Positions 1-9,462 of a DNA stretch of 64,000 nucleotides are shown piece after piece. A program made the position numbers and the translations under genes. The notes beneath the pieces were generated by a model. That model searched no databases. It saw only the letters and a list, made by a program, of their open reading frames with translations, and was not told the DNA's origin. The stretch lies in assembly GCA_041946735.1 (NCBI GenBank), contig JBHGAY010000004.1:125626-189625 (forward strand), given 5' to 3'. The DNA comes from Candidatus Eiseniibacteriota bacterium (GTDB lineage: Bacteria; Eisenbacteria; RBG-16-71-46; CAIMUX01; VGJL01). Position 1 is the stretch's first letter. Each line of letters opens with the position of its first letter.

Positions 1-78
1 TCGGGGACCGGCGAAGACGAGCGCAGCGGTGAGCGAAAGAGCGAGCAGCACGGCGAGAGAGACGGCCAGGGTGCGCAT
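1..78 (-). CDS. 5' end of a secreted protein (signal peptide only; runs off the window edge)
   Basis: ATG at 78 with a GAAGGAGGAG RBS; translates as MRTLAVSLAVLLALSLTAALVFAGPR..., a Sec-type signal peptide; extended -10 TGcTACAAT at 123-131 (-). Confidence 0.7.
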   Translation of the reverse strand, partial: MRTLAVSLAVLLALSLTAALVFAGPR

Positions 79-238
79 CGGAAGCTCCTCCTTCACGAGT
101 TGTGGGAATTCCCGGCGCAAGGATTGTAGCAGGCGGGGAACGAGCCGGCGAAGGGCACCCTTTGGCGATGCCCCTCAGCGAAGCGCCCTTCGGCGAAGCG
201 CCGGCTTGGACGCTGCGCCGCCGTACGGGACGGGACAG

Positions 239-1669
239 TCAGCGCAGGCGCAGCACCAGCAACTTCAGCTCGGTCATCTCCTCGATCGCCCAGCGGATCC
301 CTTCGCGGCCGAAGCCGGAGTGCTTCACGCCACCGTAGGGCATGTGGTCGACGCGCCAGGTCGGGACCTCGTTGATCGTCACGCCGCCGGCCTCGACGTC
401 GCGGTAGAAGCGGAAGGCTCGATCGAGATCGTGGGTGAACAATCCCGCCTGCAGTCCGAACTCCGAGTCGTTCACCTTCTCGATCGCCTGCTCGAGCGAC
501 TCGTGGGAGTCGACCACGGCGACCGGGCCGAACGCTTCCTGGCAGGAGATGCGGAGGCGCGGATCCACGTCCCTCAGGATCGTCGGCTCGACGACGTTCC
601 CGCTGCGGTGCCCGCCGCAGGCGATCTCCGCTCCGCGGTCGCGCGCCTCGGCGATCCAACCCATGAGGCGGTCCGCTTCTTCGCTGCGGATCAGCGGTCC
701 GACGACCGTCTCCTCGAGAGCGGGATCGCCGTGGGGGATCTGCTCCCGGGCGTAGGCGGCGAACGCGTCGACGAAAGCCCTCTCGTCCCGAGCAGGGACG
801 AGCACGCGCTGCACCGAGATGCAGCTCTGCCCCGCGTAGCCGAAGGCGGAGGCGGCGATCTTCGGGATCTCCCGGAGCGGGTCGTAGCCCTCGTCGAGGA
901 CGACCGCGGCGTTGCCGCCGAGCTCGAGCACGACCTTGCGGTGGGCGGCGCGGCTCTTGAGCGGCCAGCCGACGAGCGGGCTGCCGGTGAAGGTCACGAG
1001 CTTCACGCGCGGATCGACCACCATCGACTCGGCGAGCTGCACCGGGCTGGGCACCACGTTCAACAGTCCCGCCGGGAGCCTGGCCGCCTCCGCCGCTTCG
1101 GCGAGCAGGAGCGAGGTGAGCGGCGTCTGGGAGGCGGGACGGAGGACGATGGCGCATCCGGCCGCGATCGCCGGGCCGACCTTGTGGCAGACGAGATTCA
1201 GTGGGAAGTTGAACGGCGTGATCGCCAGCACGACGCCGACAGGGAAGCGGCGCGTGAAGCCGGTGTGCCCTCTGCCGACGTCGACCACGTCCAGGGGGAG
1301 CAGCTCGCCTCCGATCCGTTTCGACTCCTCTGCGGACCAGCGCAGCGTGTGGAGGCTCCGCTCCACCTCGGCGCGCGCGAGCCGGATCGGCTTGCCCGCC
1401 TCCGCGCAGATCGTCTGCGCGAACTCCTCCCGGCGCTCCTCGACGGCCGCCGCGATCCTTTCGAGCCAGCCGGCCCGGTCGACCGGCGCATCGTGGCGAT
1501 GCTCGCGGAAGGCGCGTTCGGCGGCTGCCAGGGCCGCCTCGATCTCGGCAGGGCCGGCGCGGTGGTGCCGTCCCACGATCGAGGAGTCGAACGGGGAGCG
1601 GACCTCGACGATCTCCGCCCCATCGATCCAGCGGCCGTCGACGTAGAGGTGGCACGTCTTGCGCTTCAT
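239..1669 (-). CDS. NAD(P)-dependent aldehyde dehydrogenase
   Basis: ITPFNFP, FTGS, LELGGN (catalytic Glu), AGQSCIS (catalytic Cys), EAFGPV, PYGGVKHSGFGREG; GGAGG RBS. Confidence 0.95.
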   Translation of the reverse strand: MKRKTCHLYVDGRWIDGAEIVEVRSPFDSSIVGRHHRAGPAEIEAALAAAERAFREHRHDAPVDRAGWLERIAAAVEERREEFAQTICAEAGKPIRLARAEVERSLHTLRWSAEESKRIGGELLPLDVVDVGRGHTGFTRRFPVGVVLAITPFNFPLNLVCHKVGPAIAAGCAIVLRPASQTPLTSLLLAEAAEAARLPAGLLNVVPSPVQLAESMVVDPRVKLVTFTGSPLVGWPLKSRAAHRKVVLELGGNAAVVLDEGYDPLREIPKIAASAFGYAGQSCISVQRVLVPARDERAFVDAFAAYAREQIPHGDPALEETVVGPLIRSEEADRLMGWIAEARDRGAEIACGGHRSGNVVEPTILRDVDPRLRISCQEAFGPVAVVDSHESLEQAIEKVNDSEFGLQAGLFTHDLDRAFRFYRDVEAGGVTINEVPTWRVDHMPYGGVKHSGFGREGIRWAIEEMTELKLLVLRLR

Positions 1670-1736
1670 CGGATCCTCCCAGGATCACGCGCGACGAACC
1701 GCCCCCGCGGTCCGCAAGCCGGACCCCGTCCTCCGG

Positions 1737-3101
1737 TCAGCTTCCCGAGACGGCGAGCTCCTTCACCCGGAAGCTCGGCGTCTTCAGCGGGCCATCCCAG
1801 ACGAGATCGTCGGCGATCGCTTCGATGCCCCGGAAGATCTCCGGGATCGAGCCGGCGACCGTGACGCGGGCGACCGGCCGCACCGGCTTTCCCTTCTCGA
1901 TCCAGAGGCCGAAGGCCGCGCTCGAGAAGTCCGAGTTCGACGGATCGAGGCCGATCCACCACCCGGAGAGCCCCCAGACCCAGAGGCCGCGGTCGATGCC
2001 GGCCACGATCTCCTCGAGCTTCTGCGTCCCCGGCGCGATCGAAATGTTCCCGCCTCCGATCTCCGGAAGCGATTCATATCCTCCGCGCCGCGAGCTGCCG
2101 GTCGATTGCGCCCCCAGCCGCTTCGCCGCGGCCAGGTCGCACATCCGCCCCGCGATCTTCCCCTGTTCGAGGAGAGTCAGGTCGCGTGTGTCGATCCCCT
2201 CGCCGTCGAACGGGACGGTCGCCGGCCCGCCCGGCATGCGCATCGCGTCGTGGACGGTGACGAGCGGGCTGGCGAGGAGCGGATCGGCGCGGTCCGCGAG
2301 CCATGAGCGGCCGCGCGCGATATGGTCGCCGCGGAGGGCGACGGTGAGATAGACGAGCGGAGCGAATCCCGCCTCGGGGGAGAAAAGGACCGGGTAGCGC
2401 CCGGTCGGGACCGGCCGGCCCCCGAGCAGCCGCAGAGCGCGCTCCGAAGCGCGGCGCGCGAGAGCGCCGGGATCGCCCAGCGCGTCCCAGCTGCCAACCT
2501 GGATTTCGGTCTCGCCCGGCTGCATCTCCCCCGCGTCCTCGGCGATCACCTGCAGCGAGGCGGACACGCCGCTCTTGCGGTAATGCCGGAACAGGCCGCG
2601 GGTATTGGCGAGCCAGGTGCCGGTGAGATTCTCGTCGTAGCTCGCACCCTCGGTCTTCTTGATCTTGGGATCGGCGCCGCGGCCGATCGCTTCCGCCGAG
2701 GTGATCCAATCCTGCTTCTCGCGGAGAGGGCGCTTCTCGAGCGAGGCGTCGTAGATGGCGAGAGCCGCCCCTTCGTCGCTGCCGTCCCCGGGTCCGGCCG
2801 GAGGGGCGAGGGCCAGGTCCTCCCGGGGCGTCGCGAAGCGCAGCACGTCGACCGCTTGCTTCGCCGCCTCGACGACCTTCTCCGGGTCGGCGGCGCTGGT
2901 GTGGACGAAGCCGAGCCGGCCCTCGCGGATCGCGCGGATGCCCACGCCCTGCACTTCGGCCCGCTGGATCTCTTCCAGACGCCCCTCGCGCACGTGGAGT
3001 CTCAGCGAGCGGCGGTGCTCGAAGAAGGCATCCCCTTCGGCGCCGGCCGCCTTCAGCACCTCGAGCACCCGCTCCAGGACGACTTTCTCTTCCACGTCCA
3101 T
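1737..3101 (-). CDS. pmbA: TldE/PmbA family protein (non-catalytic partner of TldD)
   Basis: GVGIRAI..GRLGF, PFDGEG, DFSSAAFGLWIEKGK, C-terminal TPSFRVKELAVSG; no HExxxH; no signal peptide. Confidence 0.9.
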   Translation of the reverse strand: MDVEEKVVLERVLEVLKAAGAEGDAFFEHRRSLRLHVREGRLEEIQRAEVQGVGIRAIREGRLGFVHTSAADPEKVVEAAKQAVDVLRFATPREDLALAPPAGPGDGSDEGAALAIYDASLEKRPLREKQDWITSAEAIGRGADPKIKKTEGASYDENLTGTWLANTRGLFRHYRKSGVSASLQVIAEDAGEMQPGETEIQVGSWDALGDPGALARRASERALRLLGGRPVPTGRYPVLFSPEAGFAPLVYLTVALRGDHIARGRSWLADRADPLLASPLVTVHDAMRMPGGPATVPFDGEGIDTRDLTLLEQGKIAGRMCDLAAAKRLGAQSTGSSRRGGYESLPEIGGGNISIAPGTQKLEEIVAGIDRGLWVWGLSGWWIGLDPSNSDFSSAAFGLWIEKGKPVRPVARVTVAGSIPEIFRGIEAIADDLVWDGPLKTPSFRVKELAVSGS

Positions 3102-3162
3102 CCCCTCCCCGGTCCCGCCGCTCGCCGATGCTTCGCTCGCCGGACTGCGGGCCGCTGCTCTA

Positions 3163-4794
3163 TCAGGCCTGGCCCGATCCTCCGACCGTCATCGACGAGA
3201 TGCGCAGCGTCGGGGCCCCGGTGGAGATCGGGACCCACTGTCCCTTGCCGCAGGTCCCGGGCCAGAACTTCAGATCGGGACCGACGCGGTCGATCCTCTT
3301 CAGGATCTCCGGTCCGTTGCCGACCAGGTTCGCGCCACGGACCGGGCGGCCGATCTTGCCGTCCTCGATGCGGTATCCCTCGAGGACTCCGAAGGTGAAG
3401 TTACCGGTCGTCGTGTCGACCTCGCCGCCGCCGAGGGTGCGCGCGTAGAGCCCGCTCTTCGTGTCGCGGATCATCGCGTCGACGTCATCCTCCCCTTGAT
3501 AGAGGAAGGTGTTCGTCATCCGCACGAGCGGCGGAAAGCGATACGACTGGCGCCGGCCGTTCCCCGTCCGGCTCGTGTCGAGACCCTGAGCGGAGATCCG
3601 ATCGGTCATGAATCCTTGAAGAACGCCCTTGGCGATCAGGATGTTCTGGCGCGGAACGGTCCCCTCGTCGTCGATGTCGAACGACCCGCGGAGGTCGGCG
3701 ATCCCGCCGTGATCCACGATCGACACGCGGTCCGAAGCGACCACCTCGCCGATCCGGCCGGAGTAGAAGGAAGTCCCGCGCATCGCGAAGTCCCCTTCGA
3801 GGCCGTGGCCGACCGCTTCGTGGAACAGGACTCCGCCGCCCGCCGCCAGGATCACCGGCATCTCGCCGGCCGGCGCCTCCTCGGCCTCGAGCATCGCCAC
3901 CGCGATCCGCGCCGCCTCCGCGCCCGATCGGGCCGGCGCCGCGTCGTCGAACTGCTCCGCTCCGAGGCGCTGACTGATCCGGTCGAGGCCGGTCACGCGG
4001 CGGCCGTCTTTCACGGCGACGGCGTTCACGCGGAAGTAGGCGAGCGGCATCGTGTCCTCGAGCCACTGCCCGTCGGAGTTGATGACGGCGAATCGCTGCA
4101 TCTCGTCGGTGTATTCGATCGTCACTTGCTGGACTGCCGGATGATACGCGCGGGCCGCCTCGTCCGCCTGCTGCAGCCAGCGCACGCGCTCGTCCTGCGG
4201 GACGGAGTCGAAGGGGCGGCGCCAGCGGATGCGGCGCACCGGGGTCTCGACGAGGAACGCGACGGGAGGGACGGTGGCAGGACCGGCCGAGGCGATCGCC
4301 GCGGCATTGCGAGCCGCCTCGAGGAGCGGTTCCGCTTCGAAGGAGTCCGCGTAGGCGTAGCCGACCCGGTCCCCCTCGATCGCGCGAACCCCTCCTCCTG
4401 CAAGGATGCCCTGCTCGATCGACTCGATCGCCCCCTCGGAGAGGGTGATCCGCGTCGTGACGCGCGTCTCGAGGTAGAGATCCGCGAAGCTCGCGCCGAG
4501 CGAGCGCGCTTCGGCGAGGATTTTCGACGCTGTCGCGCCATCGATAGGAAAGCCGGGCTTCTGGGCAAGAGCGAGCGAGTCGCGCAGCCCGAGGATTCCG
4601 TCGAGCGGCCCGGCAGCGGCGAGAGCCGCAGCGCCGCCGACGATCTTCAGAAATCCGCGGCGGCGGAGCGGTCGCTCGAGATCGCGCGCACGGGGCGGGC
4701 GGCCGAGATCGTGCGCGTCGTGCGGGCGGCCGAGATCGTGCGAGCGGCGTGGGCCATGGACGAAGTCGTCAAAGTCTTCACGGAAGCGGGTCAT
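3163..4794 (-). CDS. tldD: TldD family metalloprotease with Tat signal peptide
   Basis: LFHEAVGHGLEGD zinc motif, DDEG, TGNGRRQSY, RMTNT, GTCGKGQ..P...GAPTLR; N-terminal RRRGFLK plus hydrophobic stretch; start moved to ATG 4794, which follows a purine-rich RBS. Confidence 0.92.
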   Translation of the reverse strand: MTRFREDFDDFVHGPRRSHDLGRPHDAHDLGRPPRARDLERPLRRRGFLKIVGGAAALAAAGPLDGILGLRDSLALAQKPGFPIDGATASKILAEARSLGASFADLYLETRVTTRITLSEGAIESIEQGILAGGGVRAIEGDRVGYAYADSFEAEPLLEAARNAAAIASAGPATVPPVAFLVETPVRRIRWRRPFDSVPQDERVRWLQQADEAARAYHPAVQQVTIEYTDEMQRFAVINSDGQWLEDTMPLAYFRVNAVAVKDGRRVTGLDRISQRLGAEQFDDAAPARSGAEAARIAVAMLEAEEAPAGEMPVILAAGGGVLFHEAVGHGLEGDFAMRGTSFYSGRIGEVVASDRVSIVDHGGIADLRGSFDIDDEGTVPRQNILIAKGVLQGFMTDRISAQGLDTSRTGNGRRQSYRFPPLVRMTNTFLYQGEDDVDAMIRDTKSGLYARTLGGGEVDTTTGNFTFGVLEGYRIEDGKIGRPVRGANLVGNGPEILKRIDRVGPDLKFWPGTCGKGQWVPISTGAPTLRISSMTVGGSGQA

Positions 4795-5095
4795 CGTTCC
4801 GTCCCCCCCTCCCTTCCTCAGCGGCGGAGTCCGGACGCGAGGGTAGCAAAGGGGGACGGCGAAAGGGGAGGGAAAGGGATGGGCCGGACAGCCGCGAGCG
4901 GCCACCCGGCCCGACGTGAAAGGAGGGCACCCCTTGCACGCCACTCGGTCCTTCCCGGCGGCCGCGTGCCGGCCGCTCGCTCAGGCGCCCCGGCGCGGCG
5001 CCGCGCGGCGCGCCGCGGCAATGCCCGCCGAGATGACCGGATTCCTGCGACCCGACACCCAGACCGCCGGACCGGAGTAATCCGTCGGAGGCCTG

Positions 5096-7162
5096 CTACG
5101 CGACCTTGACGATCGGTGCCTCGTGCTCGCCCCGCGGCCGGCGCGCCGCCGGCTCGAGGCCGCATCGCCTCGCGAGGACGACGTCCTCGTACGGCACGAC
5201 CTTCAGTGCTTCTTCCAGCGTGATCGTCCCCTCGAGCGCCAGGCGCAGAGCGTCCTGCCCCACGCACGGGAATCCTCCGAGCGCCTGCTCGCGTAGCGCC
5301 TCGGCCGGCAGGCGCTGGCCGATCGCATAGCGGTCCTCGGCCGTCGGGATCCACAGCTCCGCGGCGATCGCACGTCCTGCGTGGCCGGTCCCTCCGCAGC
5401 GATCGCATCCCGATCCGCGCCGCCATTCCACGTCGGGAATCGAACCGCGGAACCACTCCTCCAGCACGCGCGCGGCCGGTCGGTACGGCACGCTGCACGA
5501 CGGGCAGTTCCTCCGGATCAACCGCTGTGCGAGGATGCCGGACAGCGACGCCGCGACCTGGTTGCGATCGACCCCCAGCTCCACCATCCTCCCGACGACC
5601 GCGGTCGAGTTCCCCGCATTGGTCGTCCCGAGGATCGTCGGCCCCTCGGGTCCGACCGAGAAGGCGATCTGCGCCGTCGCGCCGTCGTCGATCCGGTCGC
5701 ACAGGATCACGTCGGCGCCCTGATCGAGGAACGCGCGCAGATAGCGCGCGAAGGTATTCCCTAGCGAGGGATCGACCTGCGCCTGCGTCACGCCCCGGAT
5801 CACCGAGAAGATCGGATCCTCGGCGGAGAGGATCTTCACGTTGGGACCGCGCAGGAGCGGCACGGTCGCGCGCAGCGTGGTGCGCTTGCGGCTTCCGATC
5901 GGCCCGGTGACCAGCAGCACGCCGCGCCCCTCGCGCAGGAGCGGCTCGAACCGTGAACGCACGAAGGCGCTCAGTCCCGCCTCCTCGAGCGTCGGATCGC
6001 TGCGCTCCTCGCGCAGGATCTGCAGCACGGCGGTCTCGCCGGATGGTCCCGGCAGAATGCTGACGCGGAGCCGCACCGGCCGCGAAAAGTCCCCCTCCTC
6101 GGTCTTCAGGACGACGATCCCCTCCTGCGGCCGGCGCGTCTCGCCCGGCTCCAGGTGCGCCATCGCCTTCACCGCGCGGACGAGCGCGGGGATCTTGCCG
6201 GTCGCCGCCGCCGCCTCCTCCCATTCGCGTAGGCCGCCGTCGTCGCGGATGCGCACGCGCCCTCCTTCTTCGGCCGGCTCGAAATGGAGATCGTGCACGT
6301 GGGTCCGAAGAGCCTGAGTGATCAGGCGGCGCACGAGCGAGGGGATCTCGAGCCCTTCGCGAAGGTCGAGCGGCGGGAACATCCCGTCGTCGGCGATGCC
6401 GGTCGCTCCATCCCCGCCGGCGCGCGCGCCCCCGCCTGTCTCGTAGCCGGCGGCCGGCGTCGCCATGGCCCCGGCCGGGGCGGTCGCCGCCCCGTCCGAT
6501 GCCTCGGTCCCCTCCCGTTCCTCGTAGAGCCGGCGGAGGCACGCCTGCACCTCGCTGCGCGTCGATACGACGGGACGGACTTTCATCGCGATCGCCTGCT
6601 CGAGGTCGCGAACGACGTCGCGGCGAGTCGGATCGTGAATCGCGACGGTGAGCTGCCGGCCGATGCGCGCGACCGGGACGACGCCGTTGCGCCAAGCGAA
6701 GAGCGGGTTGATCAGCTCCGCCAGCTCGGGATGCGGGGTGATCACGCCGAGCGGGACATAGGGAAGGTCGAACTGCTCGGCAAGCGTCTCCGTCAGGGTC
6801 GGCTCATCGAGGAACCCCAGCTCGAGCAGGATCTCGCCGATGCGGAAGGCGCGCTCGCGCTGCGCGCGCAGCGCGACCTCGAGCTGCGCGAGACTGATCC
6901 GCCCGCGATGAACGAGCAGCTCGCCGAGGCGGAGCCGTTTTCCCCAGCGATCGAGCACCGACTCGAGCCGGTCGGGGGTGAGAAACCCCATCTCGACACA
7001 GATCCGCCCGATCGGCACGCGCTCGTCGGCCGGCATTCCGCGCTGAGCCTCGAGCGCCTTCGCGAGTTGATCGGGATGGACGTAACCGAGTTCGATGAGG
7101 AGCTGACCGAGAGGTCGGCTGGCCCCTTGGGCTTGGCACTGCCGCAGCGCTTCCGGATTCAT
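5096..7162 (-). CDS. GspE/PilB/MshE-family protein with tandem MshEN domains and degenerate ATPase motifs
   Basis: Four RLG-type MshEN motifs in about aa 15-125; DLHFEP, LAQRLIRRNCPSC...CDRC zinc site and TLEEAL C-terminus are retained; Walker A reads GPIGSRKRTT; AAGGAGG RBS. Confidence 0.88.
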   Translation of the reverse strand: MNPEALRQCQAQGASRPLGQLLIELGYVHPDQLAKALEAQRGMPADERVPIGRICVEMGFLTPDRLESVLDRWGKRLRLGELLVHRGRISLAQLEVALRAQRERAFRIGEILLELGFLDEPTLTETLAEQFDLPYVPLGVITPHPELAELINPLFAWRNGVVPVARIGRQLTVAIHDPTRRDVVRDLEQAIAMKVRPVVSTRSEVQACLRRLYEEREGTEASDGAATAPAGAMATPAAGYETGGGARAGGDGATGIADDGMFPPLDLREGLEIPSLVRRLITQALRTHVHDLHFEPAEEGGRVRIRDDGGLREWEEAAAATGKIPALVRAVKAMAHLEPGETRRPQEGIVVLKTEEGDFSRPVRLRVSILPGPSGETAVLQILREERSDPTLEEAGLSAFVRSRFEPLLREGRGVLLVTGPIGSRKRTTLRATVPLLRGPNVKILSAEDPIFSVIRGVTQAQVDPSLGNTFARYLRAFLDQGADVILCDRIDDGATAQIAFSVGPEGPTILGTTNAGNSTAVVGRMVELGVDRNQVAASLSGILAQRLIRRNCPSCSVPYRPAARVLEEWFRGSIPDVEWRRGSGCDRCGGTGHAGRAIAAELWIPTAEDRYAIGQRLPAEALREQALGGFPCVGQDALRLALEGTITLEEALKVVPYEDVVLARRCGLEPAARRPRGEHEAPIVKVA

Positions 7163-7196
7163 CGGGCGGGTCCCCTCCTTAGGTTCTCCCGTATGG

Positions 7197-7223
7197 ATAT
7201 CGGCTCTTCTTGCCCCCGCCTGA
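7197..7223 (-). promoter_or_regulatory. Putative sigma-28 (FliA-type) promoter
   Basis: TCAG-N15-GCCGATAT on the - strand, about 35 nt upstream of the ATG at 7162; the -10 box matches GCCGATAA at 7 of 8 positions. Confidence 0.55.
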
Positions 7224-7265
7224 ATTTCGCTGTGGCGGAAGTCCTCCGGAAAGAGCGGCGGGAAG

Positions 7266-7340
7266 GATTGGCGGGGCCGGCGCGATCGGCGCGGCTGGCG
7301 TGATCGGCGCGATTGGCGGGGCCGGCGCGATCGGCGCGCG
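7266..7340. repeat. Short direct repeats (ATTGGCGGGGCCGGCGCGATCGGCGCG x2 plus a partial copy)
   Basis: Read directly in the divergent intergenic region. Confidence 0.7.
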
Positions 7341-7376
7341 CTTGCCCCGCGCCGGGGCGCCTGCTACACCAAGCCG

Positions 7377-9371
7377 ATGACGGTCCCGCGAAAAGGTCTG
7401 CTCGCCGCCTACCTGGCGCTGGCCGCCCCGCTGGCGGCCGGCGTCTTTCTGGGGCGGGGAGGCGCCGGCGGCGCGGAGGGAGCCGGTTGGTCGTGGGGCT
7501 TCGATCACCTCGGGAGGGTGGGCCTCGCGTGGCCGGTCCTGCTCGGCGCGCTCGCGGTCGCTGCGCTCTTCGAGCCGGTGCAGCGGCGGACGGCGGAAGC
7601 GTTCGAGCTGGCGGGGGACGAGATGGAGCGGCGGCCGCTCAGCGTCCCGCTCCTGCTCGCGCTCTTCGCCCTGGCAGCTTTCGCCGCCTTTCCGATCGCG
7701 ACGCGCATCTACGGCGACAGCCGCTACATCCTCGACGACTATGCGCCTGGGAACCTCGCGGTGCACGCGCGCCGGATGCTCGGGCTCGGGCTCCAGGCGC
7801 GCGGCGCGCCTTCCTTCGTCCTGCACGAGATGCTCGCCCGCATCGCGGGCCTTGGCATCGAGCGCGCGTATCAGCTCGTCTCGGTCGCCTGCGGCGCGGT
7901 CTTCGTCCTCGCGCACGCCCGGCTGGCCGCCATGCTGCCGAAGACGGCGCGTTGGGCGCGCATCGCGATCCTCGCGATCGGGCTGACGGACGGCGCAAAC
8001 CAGCTCTTCTTCGGGCACGTCGAGAACTACACGGTCCCGCGGCTCTTCGCCTGCCTCTTCCTGATCGGCGTCGTGCGGTCGCTCGTCGATCGCGCGCACG
8101 CTCCCCGCCGCGGCTGGACAATCCTGTGGCTCGCGCTCGCGATCTTCTTCCACACGCAGCAAGCGGTGCTTCTGCCCGTCGCGCTCCTCTGGCTCGCGCC
8201 CGACCTGCGGCCGGCGGGCGGATCGGCGGGCGGATCGGCGAGCGAACCGGCGCGGGCCCGCCGCCGTCTCGCCGCCGGGATCGTGATCGCTCTGCCGCTC
8301 GCCGCCGCCGTCGCCTACGCCGCGGCCGGCTCGTTCTGCTACGACTACATCTATTCGGGAGGACGTCCCCATCCGCGGCAGATCTTCCTGCCGATCTCGA
8401 CCGCCTGCGTCTCGCCGGAGCAACCGTGGCTGCGCTACACGCTCTTCTCCGGGGCCCACGTGGCCGACTTCCTCGGCTCGCTCTGGTCGATCAACTCTCC
8501 GGCGATCCTGCTGGTCGTGGCCGTGCTGCTTCCGCTCGCGTTGCGCGAGCGGGACGACCGGCCGTGGGTGATGCTGCCCGCGATCGTCGCGGCCGCGCTC
8601 CACGACTTCCTGCTGAACAGCGCGATCGGCTATCCGTTCGACTGGGACCTGATGTGCGTCCTCTCGCCGCCACTGCTCTACACGGCGGTGCTGCTGCTCG
8701 CTCTGCACGGCGCGGCGCCCGGCGCGCGACGCATGGGTGCGCCACTGCTCGTCCTCGGGCTCGCGACCGTGACCCTCTTCGCCGTGAATGCGAGCCGCGA
8801 GCGGGTGCACCGGCGGGTCGAGGACATGGGGGTCTGGCTTCACCGGACGTACTACGGAGGCAGCCACTATCGTCTCTCCTCGAACCTGAGCACGATCGCC
8901 GATCGGGCGCGGCAAGCCGAGGAGCGAGCGCGCGTGCTGCGGCGTCTCCAGCCGCACGCCTATCGGGAGGATCGCGAGGTGGCCTTCCTCTGGGAGCGCC
9001 TCGCGGAGATGCGGATCTCGCTCGGGGACCCCGAGGGGGCGCTGGCGGCGTACCGTGCCGCGTTCGGGACGCAGCCGTCCGTCTGGGGACGGGAAAAGCC
9101 GCTCGGCTATCTCGAGATGCAGATCGGCGACGCGGCGCGCGGCATCTCGCTGATGCGGGACTATCTTGCGCACGCGCCGGAGGACGGCGAAGCCTGGCTG
9201 TTCCTCGGCGACGCCTACTCCTATGAGGGGGACGCGCCGGCGGCGCGCGCGGCCTGGGAACGGTTCCTCGCCCTCGACCCGCAGGCGCCCGAGGCGCCGC
9301 GGGTGCGAGAGGGGCTGCGCGCGCCGTCGCCGAGCGTCACGCCGAATCGAACCCCGTTGCCGGCCCCCTAG
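7377..9371 (+). CDS. Polytopic membrane protein with C-terminal TPR repeats (possible GT-C-fold glycosyltransferase)
   Basis: Roughly 11-13 hydrophobic segments; loop motifs IYGD and LFFGHVENY; C-terminal TPRs (EAWLFLGDAY...AWERFLALDP). Confidence 0.7.
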   Translation: MTVPRKGLLAAYLALAAPLAAGVFLGRGGAGGAEGAGWSWGFDHLGRVGLAWPVLLGALAVAALFEPVQRRTAEAFELAGDEMERRPLSVPLLLALFALAAFAAFPIATRIYGDSRYILDDYAPGNLAVHARRMLGLGLQARGAPSFVLHEMLARIAGLGIERAYQLVSVACGAVFVLAHARLAAMLPKTARWARIAILAIGLTDGANQLFFGHVENYTVPRLFACLFLIGVVRSLVDRAHAPRRGWTILWLALAIFFHTQQAVLLPVALLWLAPDLRPAGGSAGGSASEPARARRRLAAGIVIALPLAAAVAYAAAGSFCYDYIYSGGRPHPRQIFLPISTACVSPEQPWLRYTLFSGAHVADFLGSLWSINSPAILLVVAVLLPLALRERDDRPWVMLPAIVAAALHDFLLNSAIGYPFDWDLMCVLSPPLLYTAVLLLALHGAAPGARRMGAPLLVLGLATVTLFAVNASRERVHRRVEDMGVWLHRTYYGGSHYRLSSNLSTIADRARQAEERARVLRRLQPHAYREDREVAFLWERLAEMRISLGDPEGALAAYRAAFGTQPSVWGREKPLGYLEMQIGDAARGISLMRDYLAHAPEDGEAWLFLGDAYSYEGDAPAARAAWERFLALDPQAPEAPRVREGLRAPSPSVTPNRTPLPAP

Positions 9372-9462
9372 CTGCTAGGTGCTCGTTGCTGGCTGCTAGC
9401 TGCTAGCTACAGGCTGCTGGTAGCCAGCTGCTGGCTGCTAGTGGCTAGCTGCCGGATGCTAG
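9367..9462. repeat. Degenerate GCTGCTA(G)/GCTAG microrepeat tract between convergent TAG stops
   Basis: Repeated gctgctag, gctgctgg and gctagc units fill the whole gap. Confidence 0.75.

Noticed and set aside
140-210. GC-rich inverted and direct repeats as a REP element or ncRNA
   Set aside because: Single occurrence in the window; most simply a terminator-like hairpin region after the aldehyde dehydrogenase gene.
29-1864. 611-aa + strand ORF and similar long shadow ORFs (2755..5109, 23877..27494, 39899..42856, 51935..55879, 58149..60317)
   Set aside because: They lie antisense to well-supported genes, are Arg/Ala/Pro-rich and show no motifs, as expected at high GC.
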